Below, piece after piece: positions 50,201 to 59,200 of a stretch of DNA of 64,000 nt. Within the stretch, counting starts at the first letter, position 1, and every line of letters starts with the position of its first letter. The position numbers were made by a program, and so were the translations under genes. The notes beneath the pieces were generated by a model, which did no database searches, was not told the DNA's origin, and saw nothing but the letters and a program-made list of their open reading frames with translations. This stretch comes from Negaprion brevirostris (lineage: Eukaryota): positions 35,947,903-36,011,902 of the forward strand of contig JARDVH010000133.1 in NCBI GenBank assembly GCA_030324005.1, written 5' to 3'.

Positions 50201-53200
50201 AGAAATGTTGGAGGATGATGTCTGTAGTCAACTATATCAAAGGCTGGTAAGAGATCAAGGAGGGAAAGTGCACCAGAGTCAAAGAGGACGTTATCTGTGA
50301 ATTTACTAGGGTCCATTCGGATCCTACGTCAAGTGGAAACTTAATGCAGAGATTCAGAAAAGATGAGCATTGATTTCAGAAGTAACAATGCGTTCAAGGA
50401 CATTGGAGAGGAAAGAGAGGTTGGATCCAGGGCAACAAGCCAAGAGGAGTCAAGTGCATGTTTTTTGGAAAGGTGGGGTGGGAGGAGTTGATGATGACAG
50501 TGATGGCCAACAGCAACAGAAAGGCAATTTTCATCTTATCAGTCTGGACTGGATTTGAATCTGGATCCCAGAGTGAAAGACTTGTCTGTTTCTCTGTGCT
50601 CTCCTGTTCTTTGATTTTTATTTTCTCTGTGAGTATGACAAGTCTATAACCAAATCATTGTGTTTATGTAATGGCACAAGTTTATGTTGCCTATCCCTTT
50701 AGGATATGGCTGTAATCTAAGTATATCCTATATATGCCTTCTATATATATCAGTGTGAAAATGGAAGTGTGTGAACGCATCTAAGTTTCAGCTCTGCAAT
50801 CCCACTGTCATGCGGTTTGTGATTTGACAGCTTTCCAAACCGTACAAAGGGGTATTATTTTTGCAACTTAGTATTATTAAGAAGGAATTGTTGTCGTCAT
50901 CATCATATCTCCTTTAATCATCCAGTTCAGTGCACAATGGGTGTTTTATGAATTTCTTTCCTTTGTGTTTTTTCCTAATTTTCTTCCTCCTCCTTTGCTA
51001 GAGGTGCTGATTAGTGTTAATGAGCACACCAATACTCCAGTGATTAGCCCAAATGAACATTATTTTGTGCAACGTTTTTCTTTTCAAACTTTGTGGTGTC
51101 CTGGGCTTTAGGCTGTAGATGTTCGCTTAGGTCTTTCAGTATTATTTTTAGCAAAATCTTTACATGAATCCAGACACCAATTTGTTTGTGGCGTGTCATC
51201 ACAACTGAGCTTGATGCTGGTATCTGCATTTGCAAATATAGCACAGGCGAGTGGGTACCAGTTTACTTCTCGCTTCTTTCCTGAAAGTGATGCCTCCATC
51301 CTGAGTTGTGCTTCCACAGACCCCTTCTATTGCCACACCCAACTAACCATTATTCTTATATATAAATTGCGAAGGTGGGAAACTTAGTCACCAAAGCTAA
51401 GCCAGACGCTATCCATAGGCCCACATACTCCAGCAGACATCACTAGATACATATCAGAAAGGAGGATTTCCTTTCCCTAAGGGTTGAACCTGGGACCTTA
51501 TGAACATTCGTTCATCTGGTCACCAGATAATCCTGCTGAGCCATTAGGCATTTCTTTTTCTCTTTCTGTCCCAGGAATGCGGAGGTTAACTACAAGTATT
51601 CCCACAGCACACCGTGGCTAAGATCAATGTCACCAGGATTGTCCTGGTCTCTGTGGCTTATTTCCATACCTTGCAGGCTATGTATACCATCATAAAATAT
51701 CAAATCTTCATGATACCAGAGAGTACTGACTTGGGAGGACTTGCTGATCCTTAAGCCTTAGGAAACTAAATTAATATTGGTACTGGAACAAATGATTGGT
51801 ATTTTTGGCACAAAAAGTGTAGCCCCTCTGTATTTGATGTCTGTCCTTTCTCTGCAGATTTTGTTCTGTCCCATAAAGTTTACAGATTTTCTTGTCGTCA
51901 ATCAAGTTAATGTATTCACATGCAGGCACAGGTGTTTTGATCCATCGCACTGTCTTTTTAATTTATTTCGGAAGCCTACATTCACCATTCTCATCCGTTG
52001 TTGATGCTGTTTAAGAAACAGGTCAACAAAATGAAAAAAATAAAGGAAGTGGGTTTGACTCTACTATTAAGTTTGCAGTACATATATGGGTATTTTGGAA
52101 TTGTCAGAATTGTGTGCAGCCTGCTACTGATTATAGTCCACACTGTTTCCATTTGAAATCTTTCATTTTAATTTCATTCCACTTGTAGTTTGATTTCATT
52201 TGTGCAATCACTTCTTTCTTTTTCTCTCCCTTTCTCTTCCCTATCTGCTTCCGATCCTTATTTTTCCCTCCGTTCCAGCAGACAGATTGAACGGGAGAGC
52301 CTGCGCAAATTCAGGCACAGCCTCGGCTGTTTCAGTACGTTGGTTCTGCGGGCCGACAAAACTTCCCTTCAGCCTCTGACCCTGCAGCAGCAGCCTGACC
52401 CTGCCACCTGGTACTCTGACCTCTGTCTCTGCCTCCCAGGCACTCCATCTTTTCTCTTCTTCCCTGCATGATTGTCATTGCGGTTCGTTAACAGAAGTAA
52501 TGAGCCTAGTGGAAAGAAAATTAAATATGGTGGCCACTACAGAAATGATGCACACGAACTTAACAATGGCCAGAAACAACAAAATAATTGATTTGTATTG
52601 CATTTGCGTAATGAGATGACTGTATACTAAAATGGTAATTGTCATGTGCATTACAATGAATGAAAAAGTAGCCTCTTCGGCTTTAGCTTTCCACTGGTTC
52701 AGTTCATAAGTGCAAAACATAGTATGTAACAAGCCATACAACAAGAAAATTCCAGAGCTAGGCCTGTGCTGACTTGTTAAATTGACTCTGATAAATTGGC
52801 TACCAGGGCTCTGAGCAAGCAAAAAACAAAATGAGCCATGATTTTGACCTTTAATTACATCTTGTGGCTTCTGCTAGAAAGTTGTCAATATTTGAATGTC
52901 AGGTGAGGACAGATTAGGATTTAGCTGTGATATCCTTGAGCACTGATGTCCACTGTTGAAGTTAAAATGGATTATTGTGTGAATTGACAGATTTTGGAGC
53001 CACATCCTCTTCAGAAGAGGTATTATTTTACTTGAATACCTTTGGATGTTGATCAAAGTGATTTATTTCCAACATTGATCATGTGTTGTCATGGAGTGTG
53101 CCTTCAATGAGTTGGTATTGCCTGTACACCAGAGACATGTGTGGCCAACTCTCCAAAATCAAAAAGGAGATGCCAAAATGGACACGGATTATTTTGTCAT

Positions 53201-56200
53201 GGGAGTAGCCTCTGAAAACCATACTATAGTCTTGTGACTTCCAAGAAATTAGATCTGCCACTTGTTTTAATTTGAAAGTGTGCATCTCCCTTAGTGGGTA
53301 AATAGATTGTCTAGTGTGGCATTGAACCATACAGAATTGGAAGATCCCAGGTTGGATCCCTGTCTGTGTTATGTTATCTCATCTCAACCATTACAATGTG
53401 AAGAGTGTCTTAACTAATCTTTTGACCACTGAGTTAGAGAAAGGAGGCAATGTCAACCCAAGTTTCAGTGTTCCTGCTGGATACTTCACTTGTGGATGTC
53501 AGAGAAGAAAAGGATCAATGTTCCTATGTCAAATAGTTTCCTATATTTATCCGTGTTTGCACATGAAGAATAGCTATATGGGTGAAGTGTTGCAGAGCTG
53601 ATAGAACCCCACAACTTGATTTCATGTTTTGTTTTGGGTGGGGGAAGGAATAAAATCTCCATGTAAAATAATGCATGTTTCAATGGTTAGATCTATTTCA
53701 ATAAATTTTACAGTTTGTGTAACTCTTGCAAATCATAAATGCTCCTCCTAACATTTTCCAAATGTCGGCATCCTGAATAATTACCAGCACTACTTAGAAC
53801 ATGAGTGCTTTTGGATTGGCCATTTAGTGCACTGCTTATATATATCCTGTGCTGGTAACATTTTTTAAATTTAAAAGCCAATCAACTGTTTAGCTGCTAA
53901 CGATCATTGTGATTAGTTTTGTCTCTTGAGAGAGATGCCAAATAGAATCTAACAGCCTGACGCATGGAATGAGAACTGATTGACCTCAATATGGCCTTTA
54001 CCGAGTCAAATTCCTGTTGCTGAATGGTACATGCATGGAAGTCTTCTGTTGTCCACTCTGTTCTCTCTCTCTTGCATGAGTTGAGGCTACAGATTAGGCT
54101 TAGGTAAACAAGGTAATGATCTCAGAAATCAATACAAAACAGTTCACAACAGGTCAGAATCAGTACATTTCATTTCCTTTGACACCCTCTTGTTAAACAA
54201 ACTTCAACCCTTTATCATAGAACATTACAGCGCAGTACAGGCCCTTCAGCCCTCAATGTTGTGCCGACCAGTGGAACCAATCTAATGACCCTCTAACCTA
54301 AACTATTCCAATGNNNNNNNNNNNNNNNNNNNNNNNNNNNNNNNNNNNNNNNNNNNNNNNNNNNNNNNNNNNNNNNNNNNNNNNNNNNNNNNNNNNNNNN
54401 NNNNNNNNNNNNNNNNNNNNNNNNNNNNNNNNNNNNNNNNNNNNNNNNNNNNNNNNNNNNNNNNNNNNNNNNNNNNNNNNNNNNNNNNNNNNNNNNNNNN
54501 NNNNNNNNNNNNNNNNNNNNNNNNNNNNNNNNNNNNNNNNNNNNNNNNNNNNNNNNNNNNNNNNNNNNNNNNNNNNNNNNNNNNNNNNNNNNNNNNNNNN
54601 NNNNNNNNNNNNNNNNNNNNNNNNNNTCAGCGATAGTCACTGAGCTGTCGTCTTGCCCAGTATCTTGTCCAGTTTAGGCACACACTAACGACATGAAGCA
54701 CTATTTGTCCCATCTTTCCTGTTCAAGGGAATATACTTGACATTGCCTGCAGTGTTAACTTTTTAAGGTGGCCCAGTGTTCAGTCATTGTTTTTTCTGCT
54801 AGCTCTGCATGTATACCTATACCTTGGGGACTGCACCAGTTCAAGAAGGCGGCTCACCACCACCTCCTTGAAGGCAACTTGGAATGGGCAACAGCAAGCT
54901 GAAAAAACAGCGATGCCCGCATTTCGTAAATGAATTTTTAAAAATTCTCTCCCTCCAGTAACACCATCTTTCATCAATATTGCCACTCTGTCCTCTTTTT
55001 CTTCTTTTGTCTCTCATAAACACCTTGTATCTAGGAATATTTAGTGCCAAGTCCTGCTCTTCTTTGAACCAGGCCTTCTTTATTACAATAACATAATTGT
55101 TCCATTTGCCAATCTGTGCCTATCGTTCACCAATCTTATTAAGTCACATTCCCAGTATTTACATATGTTATAGTTCAGGTCAGAAACTCAAGTCCACCTT
55201 GATCATAAGTTCTGCACCTTGATTTTGGCTAGGATATGTTTCACTTCAGATATGATTCAGATCACCCATTAAGGGGCTTTTATCAAACAAAGTTTATTTA
55301 AGAATATAGTTAACATGTATAATAAGAATATTAATAATAATTTCCATCAATTACACACAACACAAAACAACCATGATAATGTATAACTCTCAACAAATAT
55401 ATCTAAAATGTTCCAAACAAACCCTTTCTATAGACAAAACCCTTTAAAGAGATTCAACACTGCAAAGTCTAATGCTCACGTGATACTGGAAATGAGTCTT
55501 TTGTTAGAGAATTGAAAACTCTGTCTTGTGAGTTCGAGTCGTCCTATTGACACACCTAGAATGGTTTGAAGTCAGAACAGTTCCCCAGATCCCCAGGTAG
55601 ACTCTGATCAAGTCAGCAATGGCAGATTTTCTACTCCAGGAAAGCTTTCAGCTAATCCGCAGAATTTACAAAACCAGGGGGAGAGAGACTTCTTTTCAGC
55701 TTGCCGTCCCTTCTAAAACTAACCCACACCTACGGCTCCAAACTGAAAATGAAAAAACACTCCTACCACCTGACCTGCCAACCAGTTTTTCTCCTAACAA
55801 TGCAGAGTCATAAATATCCCAGTAAAAATAAATAACCCCCCATTTAAGCAGCAGTAAAAGGACATCTCCAGCCAGCAACATAATGAAAAAACTACTGAAG
55901 CCAAAAAGGCCTGCTTGAAACTGCAGAAAATATGATTAGCAAAAAAAAACTCTTAAAGGTATATTAATGTCACACATGCACATTAATCCTGATTTAGGCA
56001 TTTTTATGCCCTGTCACTGGGATAGTATGCATATCTTGTACTTTTAACATTTTTTTGAGAGATTTTTAACTGAGTTAAATTTTAACATTGCATAGGTGTA
56101 AATTAACCATAAAAAAGTTGATTCCATAAGGGGCCTTAGTCGGAAGAAGGATAGGAGGTGAAACCAAGCATTTTTATTTTGGAATGTAGTTGGGTGGGAT

Positions 56201-59200
56201 CTGGTAGCTTGAATGACTAGCTATTCTTAATGTGAGTCTGGGATACAAACATTGGCAAGTGAAGGGCACTGCAACCATGCCTAATCCTCACCCACATACA
56301 AACTATCCAGCAGCAGTGAGTGGGCAGAATCTAGAACCCTCACCAAGGAACACTGAGATTAGTTATAATGCCTTAGTTATTGTAAAGCCTCAGTTATTGC
56401 CCTGACTGAGATCAGCCAACACTATCCAAGTCTTGTATATTAGTACCAAACTGATCACACAGTGGAAACCACCAAGCTTTTGAAGAATCCCATACCAATT
56501 TTAAAAATATGTGGATGTTCATCCTATTTAGGAAAGCATCAAGCCCAAACTTTGTGTCTTCAATGTATCATGGAGTCTTATCCACAGGTTTAAATTAACG
56601 TTCCCTTAATTTAAGCTATAGGTACCAATAATGTTCTTGCCCTAAGGTTAATCCACCAGTGAGGCAATGGTATTAAGAACAACTACTTTCAGACCAAAAG
56701 TACAAAATTCAGTCAATACAAACCAATTATTAAGAAATTTAAGCACAAGTAAACCTGTATAAGGTGGGCTTTGTGGGCCTGATTGTCAGCGCTTGAGGGC
56801 AAGATTGGACACCATGCCATAGAGAATCATTGGCATTGCATGTCCCATCTCAATCCTGGATTAATTTGTTAAATGGCCATACTATTAGTGTAGACTTGCT
56901 TGAATATTGCTTTAATTCCAGAGGCCCAGCAGTATATTAATTGAGTGATTAATGGTTTTTCTTTTTTTCCCCCCTTTTCTCCTGTGCCCCCTGCTGTTTT
57001 GCTATTTCGCCCATTAGCTTTATGCCCTGCTCGGAAAGGATACATGTTGCTGTAGCTGAGATGGCAGCTCTTTTTCCAAAGGTGAGTCATTTTAAAATAT
57101 ATATATATATTAGTTTCCCTAAACGAAATGATGTTAATTCTAAGTAAAATTTTCAGGTAAAGTTAAATGATTGGTCAAACGACAAGCTAGAAGCTGCTAG
57201 TTCAGGTTGGAAAAGGGAATGGGAAGGGATGAACATGAGTCTAGTGAAGGCTGTGGAAAGTCAAGAGATCCGGAAGGTCTTTCATTCCATCTCTTTAGGA
57301 TGTTCTAGGACAATCTTTACGTATTTTATCTACTGTGTCCTGGTGGGAGCTCAAATTTATTGTTTATAAGTGGTTTCATAATGTCACACCTGGCAATGGA
57401 AATACTGAACAAAGGTAATCTTCTGGTGGCCTCACTAATATGATACCGAGCCAGGAAGTTCTGCAAATAGTCCAGAGTACATTTAGTGATTGACCTGCAG
57501 GCAAGACTACTAATCCAACATAGTGGTAAATCTACAAATGAGTTGATACTGTTCCTACTTGGCATGAAGTAAATCTGGCAAGTCAGTGTCTTGATTGATA
57601 AGGTGGTCCAGGCAGTAAAGCAGTAAGAAATTTACTCAGACCTCTGCGCTCAGCCTTCAGTCCTAATGAAGCTCAATGCAAGTTTAGTGAACAGCACCAC
57701 ATCTTGCAATTAAGTATTTCTCAGACTTCTGAACTGTATCTATTAGGCTGTGTGGCTCTAGTATAGCTGACTAAACTCCAGAACTGATCTTGCCAACTTG
57801 TCCTTTTTGTTTAAATTAGTGGGATGTCTTCTTTGGAGGATAGTGTAAACTTCATGTCAAAGGAAAATATGCAGATGCTAGAAATCTGAAATAAAAAGAA
57901 TGCTGGAAATACTCGGTAGGTCAGGTAGCAGAAATAGAGGAAGAAACAGAATTAGCATTTCAGTTTCTATTCCTTATTGAGATGTGGGCATCGCTGGCTA
58001 GGCCAGCATTTATTGCCCATCCCTAGGTGCCTTTGAGAAGGAGGAGGTGAGCTGCTTTCTTCAGCAGTTGCAGTACCTGAGGTGTAAGTACAGTGCTGTT
58101 AGGGAGGGAATTCCAGGAATTTGACTCAGCAACAGTGAAAGGACATTGATATAGTTCCAAGTCAGGATAGTGTGTGACTTAGAGGAGAACCTTCAGATGG
58201 CGTTCCCATGTGTCTGCTGAATTTGGTCTTCTGGATGAAAGTGACTGGGTTTGAAAGGTTGATAACCTTGCATCTCTAACCTTTTCCAGTTTGAATGAAA
58301 GAGTCTTGAGTAAGTGCAGAGGCAAGAAGAAAGTGGGGAAGGGAAGAGAGAACAAGAGGGAACGTCTGTGACAGAATAGATGGTAGAGCAGATTAAATGA
58401 AGAAAGTGATAATGGTGCAGTCCAGAGAGTGGTAATAAGACAAGAAAATAAATGAAAGATGGGTCTGGAGAAACTGAAAATCCTACACAAGTAGGATCGT
58501 TGCCACCAATTGCTGTTTGAAGAGTTGCCAGCAGTAGTTATAATCTGAAATTGTTGAACAAGTGTTGAGTTGAGAAATCTGTGAAATGCTTAATTGCAAG
58601 ATACGGTGCAGTTCACCAAACTTGCATTGAGCTTCATTAGGACTGAAGGCTGAGCGCAGAAGTCAGAGAGAATGAAGCAGTGAATTATAATGGCAAATGA
58701 CTGGAAGCATGCTTGCAGATTGAATGGAGTTGTTCAGCAAAGTGATTAAATTATTTGTGTTTGTTTTTTCGGCTGTGGAATGATCTATATCATGAACACC
58801 AAATGCAGTACGTTAATGTGAATGAAGTCCAACTCTTCCACCCTCCCCAACCACTGTTCTNNNNNNNNNNNNNNNNNNNNNNNNNNNNNNNNNNNNNNNN
58901 NNNNNNNNNNNNNNNNNNNNNNNNNNNNNNNNNNNNNNNNNNNNNNNNNNNNNNNNNNNNTGTTCTAACTTTTTTCCCAATTCTAAAGCAAGGTTATCGA
59001 CTGAAAAATTAACATGATTACTGCTGCAATAACTTCAAAAGCAACTAGTTGTGGTTTCAAGTTATCAAGAGGTTATTACCAATGATATTTATATAGAGAG
59101 TCTGACAGAACTGCAACACATCTCTATTCTGTGCTCCTCCCTGATCCAACTGAGGTGTCTCCGGCCCAGACACATTGCACCAATTGGCTCATCTTCCTGT

